From an uncultured virus (IMG/VR IMGVR_UViG_3300043811_000078) (taxonomy: Duplodnaviria; Heunggongvirae; Uroviricota; Caudoviricetes): DNA of 63,096 bases. The stretch lies in IMG/VR virus record IMGVR_UViG_3300043811_000078. One strand, 5' to 3'. This document shows positions 18,608 through 27,909 of the stretch, in pieces. Under the pieces are notes generated by a model. It saw only the letters and a program-made list of their open reading frames with translations, ran no database searches and was not told the DNA's origin. Position 1 is the stretch's first letter; each line of letters begins with the position of its first letter. A program made the translations under genes and the position numbers.

Positions 18608-20701
18608 TCACGATCCGTCACCGCCATCCGTGACGAGACGCCACCGGGCGAGCGCTGCTTTCCCGTGGACGTATGCCTTCTTCTCGTAGCGGAGGCGGTT
18701 CAGGTAGAGCATGACCGCATTGCGCGTCGGCTTGTCGGCGGGGAAGTCTTCGGCGAGGGCGTCGACGATGCGGCGTCCGCTCATCCCTTCCCCGGCAAGG
18801 TAGGTGAACAGTTGTTCACGGATAAGCGGAGGGATCTCCGTTTGCCGTGCGGCCTGTTCCCACCGGGCCTCTGCCATCTCGGCTTCCTTCCCGGGGTTGC
18901 CGTCCGGGGCAGCCGCCCTCATGGCCGCGGTCTCCTCATGGGTCTTGCGCAGGCCCGCGAGCTTCGCGTCGAGGGCGGAGAATGCCGCGTTGTCGGCGGG
19001 GTCCATCGTCATGGTCTTGTCCAGGTGCCTCAGGTAGTCGTCGTCGGTCAGGAGCGCGCCCGGCTGTACCGCGGTGCCGGGGCTGCCGGGGGGAGGGGGC
19101 GCCGCGGCACGGACGGTGACGGGGGCGGAGGTGCCGTCGCGGCGGTGGGTGAGTGCCCATTTCGCGTACACGTCGGTGCTCAGGAGAATTTCATACTTTT
19201 CCCCTAGGAATTCCCGGCAATCGGGGTGGAGGTCCGGCTGCCAGTGCGCCCGCTCCGCGACGATCGCCTGGATATCCCGCACCTCGTCCAAGTCGAACGA
19301 CCGGCCCTTGGTGTATCCCGCGCCAGGCGACGTGATCGCCCACCCGCCGGGGCGGCCACCTGTGTACGCCGCGATGTCCGGGAGCTGGTAGCCGGCACTC
19401 CCCGCCGCATGGTAGATCTCGCTGTCCCGGCCGACCGCCCCGACGCACACCACGTCATCCTGGGAGCGCATCTTCGCCGAGCCGTAGTCCTGCGTCCCGC
19501 GCTGCCCGGCACGGACCGGGTTCACGCCGAACTGGCGCCCCTTCGTCGCCACGTCGTCCATCTGCCTGGCGAGATTCGGGGCCGACTTTGCCGAGTCTGC
19601 CTCGTCGAAGATGATGAAGACCGCGGGGTCCTGCGGGGAGGGGACGTACTTGCGGCCCGCGTACCGGGCGGCACGCCACGCGATGATGCCCTTGGCGATC
19701 TCCAGCACCCGGGCGGCCCTGGCCGCCTGGTGCGGGCCGAACGCCGTCAGGTGGCACGCGGGTCCCCACCGCTCCGCTTCCGACAGCCCCACGTCGGACA
19801 GGTTGATCCGGAACTGGATCGCGTCGCCAGCTTTGGTGATGCGCTCGCTGAGGCAGTTCAGCAGGACCGTTTTGCCCATGCCGCGCCGGGCCGTGAAGCT
19901 GACGCTCTTGCCGCCGATCTCGTCGTACAGCGTGATCGACAGCAGCTCCCCGCTCGCCGGGTCCTGGCCGACGACCGCGGGCTCCATGATGCTGTACGGG
20001 CCCGACAGGTCGATCTCCGGGGCGTCATCGAACAGCGGGTGCGGGACCGGGTGCTTCCACGGATCGTCGTACTCGATGCTGATCTCAACGAGACCGGGGC
20101 GCACGGACCGGATCTGGACGCGCTCCATGTCGAGTCCCTCGTGTTCGGCAATGTCCTCCCTGAGGTTCCGGTTCCCGGCGACCGCGCTGGCGCGCCTGCC
20201 GCTGCCTTTCGTCCAGACGAGGTACCGCTCGCCGACCCTGGTTCTCCCGTAGTCCTTCAGGTGCGTGCCGTGCAGCCCCCAGCTCCGGGACTTCTCCAGC
20301 CATCCGGCGCGGGCCAGCCGCTTGTCCCGTGCCTCCACGACCGCCTCGTGCCGGTGGGCGAGCTTCCACGCGGTGATCGCCGTCACGCCCCACCCCCAGG
20401 TGAGGGGGGCGTACGGCCATCCTGCGAGCGGCCCGGCATTTACCGCGAACGCCATCCACGCCCCGCCGAAAGCGGTCCACGACGGGAGCCGCCACGTCCA
20501 GCCCTTCTTCGCCGCGACGCCGTAGGCGACAGCGGTCCCCGTGGCCGCGACCAGGGTGATGTCGAGCGAGCCGGGCCACGCGCAGGCGTGCATGATCTCC
20601 GCCGCGCCCCACACCAGGCCGGAGACGGGCAGCACGGCACGCGCCGCCCGCTCGGCGGGGGCGCGGCGCAGGTTCGCCGGGGTGATCTCGGGCTCGGTCA
20701 C
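18608..20701 (-). CDS. traB: FtsK/SpoIIIE-family TraB-like conjugative dsDNA translocase
   Basis: N-terminal TM helices, VVGQDP, Walker A ARRGMGKT, Walker B IIFDEA, KGRQFGV..AGQR, C-terminal winged helix. Confidence 0.8.
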   Translation of the reverse strand: MTEPEITPANLRRAPAERAARAVLPVSGLVWGAAEIMHACAWPGSLDITLVAATGTAVAYGVAAKKGWTWRLPSWTAFGGAWMAFAVNAGPLAGWPYAPLTWGWGVTAITAWKLAHRHEAVVEARDKRLARAGWLEKSRSWGLHGTHLKDYGRTRVGERYLVWTKGSGRRASAVAGNRNLREDIAEHEGLDMERVQIRSVRPGLVEISIEYDDPWKHPVPHPLFDDAPEIDLSGPYSIMEPAVVGQDPASGELLSITLYDEIGGKSVSFTARRGMGKTVLLNCLSERITKAGDAIQFRINLSDVGLSEAERWGPACHLTAFGPHQAARAARVLEIAKGIIAWRAARYAGRKYVPSPQDPAVFIIFDEADSAKSAPNLARQMDDVATKGRQFGVNPVRAGQRGTQDYGSAKMRSQDDVVCVGAVGRDSEIYHAAGSAGYQLPDIAAYTGGRPGGWAITSPGAGYTKGRSFDLDEVRDIQAIVAERAHWQPDLHPDCREFLGEKYEILLSTDVYAKWALTHRRDGTSAPVTVRAAAPPPPGSPGTAVQPGALLTDDDYLRHLDKTMTMDPADNAAFSALDAKLAGLRKTHEETAAMRAAAPDGNPGKEAEMAEARWEQAARQTEIPPLIREQLFTYLAGEGMSGRRIVDALAEDFPADKPTRNAVMLYLNRLRYEKKAYVHGKAALARWRLVTDGGDGS

Positions 20702-21000
20702 CCGGTGCCACCCCCGGTGATGAAGCGGTAGTACCCGTCGGCCCGGACGAGGAACTGGGCAGGCGACAGGGTGCCGGGCCGTGCTGCGGTGTTGTCGTGC
20801 GCCCGCTGCATGGCGGCCATGCGGCACCGCAGGTCTGTACTGTCCGCAGCCGAGGATGCCCACTCGAGCAGCGGTGCCGAGCTGTCCAGGACCTGCCGGG
20901 TATCGGCCCGGTCCGCGTGCGTGAGCAGCCAGCTGGCGAACCTCAGTATGTCGGCCCGCTGGCCGGGGCTGACGGTTACGGGTGCAGTGGCCTGGTTCAT
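20698..21000 (-). CDS. Hypothetical protein
   Basis: ATG at 21000; GTGA overlap with traB. Confidence 0.55.
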   Translation of the reverse strand: MNQATAPVTVSPGQRADILRFASWLLTHADRADTRQVLDSSAPLLEWASSAADSTDLRCRMAAMQRAHDNTAARPGTLSPAQFLVRADGYYRFITGGGTG

Positions 21001-21023
21001 GATTGCTCTCCGTTTCGCGATGC

Positions 21024-21221
21024 TCAGTCGTGGCGGTGCCGGAGGTTCCATGCCGGGTACGATTCGGCGCGCAGCCGACCCCGGAACCGGACCCTCACGC
21101 TCCCGTCGTTGCGGCGGCCGCGGCTGACGACGATGCCGACGCGGCCCGGGACCGTGCCGCCGTACGTGGGAAGCGTCTGCACCCGGGTGCCGCGGGGAAA
21201 CGGCTCTGCTCGCTTGCTCAT
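21024..21221 (-). CDS. Small basic beta-rich (SH3/KOW-like) protein
   Basis: FPRGTRV..GRVGIVV..SVRVRF. Confidence 0.5.
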   Translation of the reverse strand: MSKRAEPFPRGTRVQTLPTYGGTVPGRVGIVVSRGRRNDGSVRVRFRGRLRAESYPAWNLRHRHD

Positions 21222-21556
21222 GGGTTCCTTTCCGATGCGTTAGCGCGGATCTTGTCCAGCACGGCGAGGATGGCGAGCGCGCCCATCGCGGACGCGAGGG
21301 CCGCCGAGGTGACCAGTGCCGAGCCGAATGTCTCATCGGTGCACAGCAGCGCCAGGCAGGCGGTTCCGCCGAGGCCCGCGCCGGTCCCGGCGATGCCGCG
21401 CCACGGGAAGCCGCCGCGGCGCACCCGCCGGCCGCCGCGGACGATCAGCACGGGGACCGTGATCACGAGGCCCAGGGCCGACAGCGCGGTGACCGCGGGG
21501 TCTATCCCCGCGGCGAGCAGCAGCACGCAGGCGCATGCCGTTCCCGCGGTGATCAC
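21218..21556 (-). CDS. Membrane protein
   Basis: About four hydrophobic segments; overlapping starts and stops. Confidence 0.55.
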   Translation of the reverse strand: MITAGTACACVLLLAAGIDPAVTALSALGLVITVPVLIVRGGRRVRRGGFPWRGIAGTGAGLGGTACLALLCTDETFGSALVTSAALASAMGALAILAVLDKIRANASERNP

Positions 21557-22419
21557 GCCGCCTCGCCTCCCGCCGCAAAGAACTTGCGGGCGTCGAACGG
21601 CAGGACGGTGCCGTTCTCGACGGCCCTCATCACGTCGCCGTAGATCGCCTCGAACCGCTTCTCCACCTGGATCACGGCCCCGGTCAGCTCGGCCACCTCG
21701 TCGGCGAACTCGGCATGGCCCGTCCCGTAGGACGGGTCGAGGCCGACAGTGTTGACGAGGGTGTCGGTGCGGGCGCGGATCGCCTCGGCCCACGCGAGGA
21801 TCCCGGAGGCTTCCTCGGCCATGTGCTGCCGGAGGTCACCGGCGTCCTCGGGCTCGAAGTCGGCGGCGCGCTGGCAGACGGCGATCCACTCGGGGGGTAC
21901 CGGGACGCCGTCGATGATCTGCGCGGTCTCGTCAGCCCCCGGTACGGGGCCGAGCTCAGGGTCGTTGCGGAACGAGGGAACGTCACGGGGCGGCGGTGCC
22001 GTGCCTGCGGCTGGCTGCGGCTGCGCCTGGGCGGGGGCGGCGCTGCCGTCGCGGCGCCGGCTGGTCAGGCCGCGGACGTGGAGCGCGAGCCCGCGGGCGT
22101 CCTCGATGAGGAATGCCCGGAGGATGAGCCGGCCCGCGCTTCTGTCATCGCGGCGGACGGCGCGCTCCCTGCGCGTGTCGCGGACGATCAGGATCACTGT
22201 CGGGATGCCGGCGAAGGCCGCGAGCATCGCTCCCTGCGCGATCCCGGGCAGCCCGGTGACGGTCAGCCCGATCAGGGTGAGGGTGAGCCACCCGGTGACA
22301 TGCCCCCACCACCCGGAGGACTTCCAGGCGGCGGGGATCCGGGTCATGTGCACAGCCTGGGAGACGAACACCGCTGCGCAGTACAGGGTGACCGCCCACG
22401 CGATCAGGGTGATGATCAT
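21553..22419 (-). CDS. Membrane-anchored protein with helical C-domain (possible TraA-like transfer accessory)
   Basis: Three TM segments, Pro-rich linker, helical domain; upstream of traB. Confidence 0.5.
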   Translation of the reverse strand: MIITLIAWAVTLYCAAVFVSQAVHMTRIPAAWKSSGWWGHVTGWLTLTLIGLTVTGLPGIAQGAMLAAFAGIPTVILIVRDTRRERAVRRDDRSAGRLILRAFLIEDARGLALHVRGLTSRRRDGSAAPAQAQPQPAAGTAPPPRDVPSFRNDPELGPVPGADETAQIIDGVPVPPEWIAVCQRAADFEPEDAGDLRQHMAEEASGILAWAEAIRARTDTLVNTVGLDPSYGTGHAEFADEVAELTGAVIQVEKRFEAIYGDVMRAVENGTVLPFDARKFFAAGGEAA

Positions 22420-22423
22420 CGGG

Positions 22424-22600
22424 CTAGCTGCCTTCTTCCCGGCGTCCGCAGCACCGGCAGCGCCAGAGCCGCACGGTCTTCTTCTTGAGGGTTGACCAGG
22501 TCTTGCGCCGGGTGCGGCGCAAGCGTCCGCGGCACCCCGGGTTCCAGGCTTGGTGGCGGCGCGAGGCGCAGTCCGCGCACGGCCGCGAGAGGATGTTCAT
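22424..22600 (-). CDS. Small basic Cys-rich protein
   Basis: CADC...WRCRCC; TGATG coupling. Confidence 0.45.
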   Translation of the reverse strand: MNILSRPCADCASRRHQAWNPGCRGRLRRTRRKTWSTLKKKTVRLWRCRCCGRREEGS

Positions 22601-23172
22601 CAGCAGACCTCCTCGTATCCGCCGTCGGACCAGGTGGAGAACTCGGCGGCGAACCCGTAGCCGCACAGGCCGGTCCCGGCCCGGAGCGCGGCGGCGATCA
22701 GCGGGTAGTTCCCGTTGGCGAGGGTCGCGGCGTCGGCCTCGGCCCCTTCGCTGGCGTCGGGGTAGCTCTGGACGTGCAGCCCGTCGCCGAAGCTGTTGAA
22801 GTCCCACGACCCCGGTTCCCGCAGGATCGAGTCGAGGGGGTTCCACTGCGCGAGAGACGGCCAGGGTTCCTCGTGCGGGAGCCATGCGTCCAGGCTGGCC
22901 AGGTTGGCCTGGGTGGCGGGCGCGCCGAGGTCGGCCAGGAGCGCCCGCCAGAACGCTGTCTCGCTGCCGGAGGTCACCGGCGCGGCCTGGGTCGCCGTCG
23001 TGCGGGGCGCGGCGGCGTGGTGGCGGACGACCGTGACGGTCTTCGCCCCGGCCCCCGCGATGGCGACAGCAGCGATGGCGATGCCCGCGATCATCTCCCG
23101 GCTGCCGCCCCGCTTGCCGGATCCGCGGCGGAACCGGCGCGGGGGGCGGTACCGGTACGGACGGGCGCCCAT
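22600..23172 (-). CDS. Exported lysozyme-like/transglycosylase-like protein
   Basis: Basic N-terminus and hydrophobic anchor; ALLADLGAPATQAN..WNPLD..VQSY..G..AATLANGNY..I.AALR pattern resembles actinobacterial cell-wall hydrolase domains. Confidence 0.5.
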   Translation of the reverse strand: MGARPYRYRPPRRFRRGSGKRGGSREMIAGIAIAAVAIAGAGAKTVTVVRHHAAAPRTTATQAAPVTSGSETAFWRALLADLGAPATQANLASLDAWLPHEEPWPSLAQWNPLDSILREPGSWDFNSFGDGLHVQSYPDASEGAEADAATLANGNYPLIAAALRAGTGLCGYGFAAEFSTWSDGGYEEVC

Positions 23173-24527
23173 CAGTGCATCGCCTCCCGTCGCTTGCGCC
23201 ACCGTCGCGGGCCGAACAGGATCCACAGCGCGCCGGACGCGCACCATGCCGCGAGGATGATCAGTGCCGTGGTGTGCGACGGGAACCACGACGGCCAGTA
23301 CAGCGGACCCCAGGAGTGCGACGTGACGGCGTGCGGGCAGCACGACGGGTACGGACCGCAGTAGTCGGTACCGGGCTTGGCCGTAGGCCAGTACGCGCCG
23401 GGGGGGCCGGGCATCGGCCGGCACGGGTCGCCGGTGATCACGGCCGCACCCGGAAGATCTCCGTGAACCCCGCGGCGATGCCTCCGCTGTTGAGGGTCTT
23501 CGCGTGGTCGCGGGCGCGGGACCGGGCGAACTCACCGGAGTACGTGGCGACGTAGCACCCTTCCTGGTAGTCGAAGACGCCCCAGCGCCAGTAGCGGCCC
23601 CGGCGCCTGAGATCCGGCTTGACCGCCTTGTACCGCGTGGCCATCAGTGCCTCCCGTCGCGGTCATCTGACCGGTAGACCCGGTTCTGGTGCTCGTTCTG
23701 CCAGCGGAGTGCGCAGGCCCCGGCGACGACGGCGGCGATGATGACGGCAGCTACCAGCAGGTGCACCGGTCAGCCCTTCTTCCTGTTCCTGAGCCACTTG
23801 CGCAGCCTCCAGGCGGCGTAGACGGCGAAGGCGATGACGGCCAGCAGCAGCCAGCCGCTCGTACTGGACTGGTGCGCGGCCTGCGCGGCGAGGATCATGT
23901 TCACCGCGCGCCTCCCGTCAGCGAGCGGTGCCTGTCCGTGGCGTGCTGCCATGCGGCGTCACCCCGGTAGACGCGGGTCCACTTCGACAGTGCCGAGTCA
24001 TAGACACCCCAGGAGCCGCCTCCGGCACCCTGGACCGTGTAGCGCCTGCGCATCCGGTCGCTCTTCGGGATGCCGCGCATCGCCCTGCGCCATCCCCAGA
24101 CCCGTCTGGCGCGCCCGGCGAGCACCACGACGGCGGACGCCGCCGCGACGTAGGCGACGCTGATGACGTACGTCGCGGCGGAGTCCAGCCCGCGGGGATG
24201 GTCGTGGATGAACCACGCCGGAGGGGCGGCAATGAACAGGAATGCCGTCCACGCAGCAATTTCGTTCCGTGCCATGGCTCACCGCCCCCCGCCGATGCTG
24301 CTGCCGTAACGGGGGCGCGCCGTTCCCGGCCCCGGCTCCGCCTTCTTCGGGCGCGCCAGCCACGCGAGCACGCCGAGGCTGGCGAGCAGGATGACCGCGT
24401 ACACGGCCAGCGCCGCCGTGTGCGGCGAGCCGTGAGCGGGCATGATCTTCGGCCAGCTGTGCACGAGGGACGGGATCACGATCCCGGCGTTGGCGGCGAC
24501 GATGACGCCGCCGATGATGAACTTCAC
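23172..24527 (-). other. Chain of six tiny, mostly single-TM ORFs (23172-23441, 23438-23644, 23644-23766, 23770-23904, 23901-24275, 24279-24527)
   Basis: Tightly coupled starts and stops; hydrophobic helices with basic tails. Confidence 0.55.
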
Positions 24528-24545
24528 GGTGGTTCCTTCCGGTGG

Positions 24546-24953
24546 TTACGCGGCGACTGGCGTCGCGGCAGGTTGCTGGGCGCTGGCACGGAGCCGGCGG
24601 TGTTCATGTGCGGCTTCCGCCGCGTCCTGCCTCGCGTAGAACCGGGCGTCGTCGGCGGCGATGACGGTCTCGGCGTCCGTCCGGGTCGCGATCTGCCCGA
24701 TGCCGGGCCGGCGCCGCTGCCGCTCGCTGAAGCCGCCCCAGATGCCCCACTGCTCGCGGCCGGCAGCGGCGTACAGGAGGCAGTCAGGGCGCACCTGGCA
24801 TGACCGGCATACCGCCTTCTGCCGGTCGGCTGGCTCGCCGACCTCCGGGTAGAACGCGTCCGGGTCGGTGTACTGGCAGGCGGCCAGCGCCATCCACGGC
24901 GGGGCGCCCGGGGACGCGTCGCCGGGGCGCGGCGGCCAGAGGCGGCCGGTCAT
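24546..24953 (-). CDS. whiB: WhiB-family Fe-S transcriptional regulator
   Basis: AACQYTDPDAFYP..KAVCRSCQVRPDCL..GIWGG. Confidence 0.92.
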   Translation of the reverse strand: MTGRLWPPRPGDASPGAPPWMALAACQYTDPDAFYPEVGEPADRQKAVCRSCQVRPDCLLYAAAGREQWGIWGGFSERQRRRPGIGQIATRTDAETVIAADDARFYARQDAAEAAHEHRRLRASAQQPAATPVAA

Positions 24954-25303
24954 GACGCGGCCTTCCGCCGGTGCTCGCCGTCGCGGGCGCACTGAGCGCA
25001 CCTGCCGTCAGCGCGGCGGCTGGCCGCGGTGAGCGCGTGCAGTTTCTTCCGGCACAGGGGGGCAGGCGCGGGGCGCCGCATCTGCCGGCGTTCGGTGCCG
25101 GAGGTGCCGCCCCAGATCCCGGCGGGGACGCGTGCGGCGAGCGCGAACGCGAGGCAGGCACCCTGGACGGGGCATCCGGCGCAGACGGCTTTGGCTTCGG
25201 CGGCTACGCGCCAGTCGGAGGTGTAGAACATGTCAGGGTCTTCGCCGGCGCACGCCCCTGCGGCGCGCCAGTCGGTCACCTGGTCCAGGGTCGCGGCGCT
25301 CAT
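24950..25303 (-). CDS. whiB: WhiB-family regulator with C-terminal Zn finger
   Basis: GACAGEDPDMFY..AKAVCAGCPVQGACL..GIWGG, then CRKKLH...CAQC. Confidence 0.92.
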   Translation of the reverse strand: MSAATLDQVTDWRAAGACAGEDPDMFYTSDWRVAAEAKAVCAGCPVQGACLAFALAARVPAGIWGGTSGTERRQMRRPAPAPLCRKKLHALTAASRRADGRCAQCARDGEHRRKAAS

Positions 25304-26038
25304 GACGTCACCGCGTTCTCGCCGGCGGCGATGACGGCGATGGCGTCGAGGATGACCCGGAACGCCCTCCGCTCGGCTGACGGCAGCGTGTTCGCGGCGA
25401 AGGTCGCGTCGAGCAGCGGGCCGACCGCGCCGTCGAGGCCGTCTCCGGCTTTCAGGACGGCGAGGGACGCGCCGTCGAGGGCGGTCCACAGTGCGGACCG
25501 TCGCGGGGTGGAGGCTCGCGTGCTGTCCAGTTCGACGGCGAGGAGGATGTTCGTGAGCGCCGTGGCGAGCCTGGTGTGGCGGGCGGCTGCGCGGGCGGCG
25601 GCGATGCCGGCTTCGCGGCGGGCGTCCCGCGCGAGGGCGGGGCGTCCCGATCCTGCCTCGTCGATGGCGGTGGCGGCGCAGTTGAGGGTGTCGTAGAGGT
25701 CGGGGGCGCTGGTCATGACCGGCTCCTGTCCCGTGCCCGGTCGCGGGCCTCGCGGTCGGCGTCGGCTTCTATGTCGCGGATGTCGCGGGTGACGCCGGCG
25801 TCGCGGGGTGCCTGGGAGAGCCCGTAGGCGGCGCTGCGCATCCGCAGGGACAGGTCTGCCAGCTCGGGTCCGGTGAGCTTCCCAAAGAGGCTCATGACGA
25901 CGGGGCGGGCGTGACGGTCGCGACGTGCATGATCGCGCCGAGGCGGCCGGGGGTGTTGAGCCCGTGGGCTTCGAGGACGGCTTCGAGATCCTCGCGCAGC
26001 TCGTCCGTGTCCGGGGCATGTGTTAGGGTCATCGTCAT
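25300..26038 (-). other. Three small hypothetical ORFs (25300-25716, 25713-25895, 25892-26038)
   Basis: ATGA overlaps throughout. Confidence 0.5.
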
Positions 26039-26067
26039 GTCCTTCCTGTGAGTGGAAGTGATCCTCG

Positions 26068-26106
26068 GCAAGCCCGGCGGTTCGATCGCCGGGCTTGCTC
26101 TCGTTT
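26068..26106 (+). terminator. Intrinsic terminator-like hairpin
   Basis: GCAAGCCCGGCG-GTTCGAT-CGCCGGGCTTGC followed by TCTCGTTT. Confidence 0.55.
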
Positions 26107-26263
26107 ACGGGGTTACTTCGAGCCGGACCCGTGATAGGGGCAGCCCACGAACGGGTTGGCGCACATGGGGGCGCTCCGTTCGTGATGGTGGCGCGGCGGC
26201 GCGGCATGCCTTTCCAGGCGTTGCGCTGATCGCGGCGCGAGACGCGGGTGTTCTGGGGTCGCA

Positions 26264-26470
26264 TCAGAACCGCACCGCCTTGGCCTGGCATCCGGGGTTG
26301 TCGGCGGGGATGGCTGCGGCGTACCGCTCGGCCTTCTGCTTTGAGGCGAGCGCGGCGTGGATGCGCCGCGAGGTCAGGTACCCGTCGCCGCCGAGGAACA
26401 GCCAGCGCTTCGCGCCGGGCTCTTTCACCTTTACGGCGTACGCCGGGCCGTCGAAATCGAGGAGACCCAT
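26264..26470 (-). CDS. Hypothetical protein
   Basis: ATG one base after the Xis-like stop codon. Confidence 0.55.
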   Translation of the reverse strand: MGLLDFDGPAYAVKVKEPGAKRWLFLGGDGYLTSRRIHAALASKQKAERYAAAIPADNPGCQAKAVRF

Positions 26471-26471
26471 C

Positions 26472-26771
26472 TCACGCCACCCCTTCGGTGATGGTGTTGC
26501 TGGCCGCCCATGTGCGGCAGAAGTCACGGAGCTCCACCTGACCGCCGGACATGACCGCCGCGCGGAGGTCGTCGGCTAGGCGGCGCGGCAGCCAGTGAGT
26601 GTTCCGCTTGGCCCCGGCGATCCGCATGGACGGCATGACGCCCTCGTTGCAGAGCTGGTTGATCAGCGACGAGGAGAAGGGCAGCAGGTCGGCGAACGCG
26701 CCGATGGTGAGCCAGTCACCATCCGGCTTTGCCGTCGTCTCCGCAGTCTCAGTCACTTGCGCCGTCCTCAT
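26472..26771 (-). CDS. Excisionase-like (HTH_17/AlpA) DNA-binding protein
   Basis: WLTIGAFADLLPFSSSLINQLCNEGVMPSMRI; first gene of the leftward block. Confidence 0.65.
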   Translation of the reverse strand: MRTAQVTETAETTAKPDGDWLTIGAFADLLPFSSSLINQLCNEGVMPSMRIAGAKRNTHWLPRRLADDLRAAVMSGGQVELRDFCRTWAASNTITEGVA

Positions 26772-26799
26772 GGTCGGTGGCCTGCCTGCCATCTACGCG

Positions 26800-26889
26800 A
26801 TCAGTAAATACCAGGGTTGACGGCCTGTCAAGGGCACTCTTTACGGAGCCGTCAAGGGACCCGTTGATCCCGGCGTCTATGCTCGGTAT
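26800..26889. promoter_or_regulatory. Divergent promoter/operator region
   Basis: Palindrome TTGAC-N5-GTCAA at 26817-26831 contains a minus-strand TTGACA; a second GTCAAG half-site follows; TATGCT at 26878-26883 lies 6 nt before ATG 26890. Confidence 0.6.
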
Positions 26890-27657
26890 ATGAGCGAGCA
26901 GGGCGACGAGGACCGCTTCATGGCGACTCTCGCCGCCATGCGCGAGGCATGGCAGCTGACACGGGAGCAGCTGGACGCGCTCACTAGCCCGCTGCGCCAG
27001 TTCAACGAGGCAACGTCGCTTGCGGAGGAGCTGAGATCCATGAGCGGTGAGGCGGCCATCCGCCGCGCGGTCGCCGCCGCGCGTCTCCAGGACGCCGGGT
27101 TGTCCCTGGCGGAGATCGGCGGGGTCCTGGGCAACATCTCGAAACAGCGCGCCGGGGAGCTGGCCAAGAAGGGCCAGGACGTCATCAGGGCACTGGCGGC
27201 AGCCGGTGCCGCCGGGGAAGAGGATTACATGACCGGACCATCGACAGCGCCCGAGCCTGAGCCCGTGGTCGCGGCCATCGTGATCAGCGACCTCGGGGTC
27301 CTGATCGCGCGGCGCAACGACGGGAAACCGCCGTGGACGTTCATCGCCGGGAAGATCGAGCCCGGCGAGTCGCCGGCCGACGCCGCCGTCCGCGAGGTCA
27401 AGGAAGAGACCGGGCTGCGCATCCGCGCCGGCGGCGTCATAGGCCGGCGGGTACATCCCCGGACGGGGCGCACCATGGTCTACATGGCGGCACGCCCCAC
27501 TCACGGGACCGAGGTGACCGTGGGCGATCCGGAGGAGCTGGCCGAGGTGCGGTGGGTGAGCTTCGAGGAAGCGGACAGCCTCACGGGCGGGACGATCTTC
27601 GAGCCGGTACGGCAGCACTTGCGGCACATGCTCGGGAACGGCAACGGCGGAGAGTAG
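26890..27657 (+). CDS. HTH-Nudix hydrolase fusion (repressor/Pif-like)
   Basis: GLSLAEIGGVLGNISKQRAGEL HTH; Nudix box GKIEPGESPADAAVREVKEETGL. Confidence 0.85.
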   Translation: MSEQGDEDRFMATLAAMREAWQLTREQLDALTSPLRQFNEATSLAEELRSMSGEAAIRRAVAAARLQDAGLSLAEIGGVLGNISKQRAGELAKKGQDVIRALAAAGAAGEEDYMTGPSTAPEPEPVVAAIVISDLGVLIARRNDGKPPWTFIAGKIEPGESPADAAVREVKEETGLRIRAGGVIGRRVHPRTGRTMVYMAARPTHGTEVTVGDPEELAEVRWVSFEEADSLTGGTIFEPVRQHLRHMLGNGNGGE

Positions 27658-27675
27658 GGGCGCTGGCTGCGGACC

Positions 27676-27909
27676 CTAGGCCCTCCGGTCAACGCGCACG
27701 ATGACGATGGTGCCGTCCTCGATCTCGTACAGGATGCGGAAATCGCCCGCGCGCAGCCGCCGGTAGCCGCCGCGCACGAACGCGGCGGCCGGTCCGGGAT
27801 CTTCGGCTAATGAGTCGACGGCGGCGTTGATTGCCGCCATCGCGGCCTGGTCCTTCATGAACTTCTCGCGTACCGCGAGCTTCGCCGGCTCTTCCCAGCG
27901 GATCCTCAC
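27676..27909 (-). CDS. relE: RelE/ParE-family toxin
   Basis: YRRLRAGDFRILYEIED; GTGA overlap with the antitoxin gene. Confidence 0.85.
   Translation of the reverse strand: MRIRWEEPAKLAVREKFMKDQAAMAAINAAVDSLAEDPGPAAAFVRGGYRRLRAGDFRILYEIEDGTIVIVRVDRRA

Noticed and set aside
26068..26098. GTTCGA-containing stem-loops (also 37795-37825) as tRNA T-arms
   Set aside because: Simple hairpins with no cloverleaf, D-arm or acceptor stem
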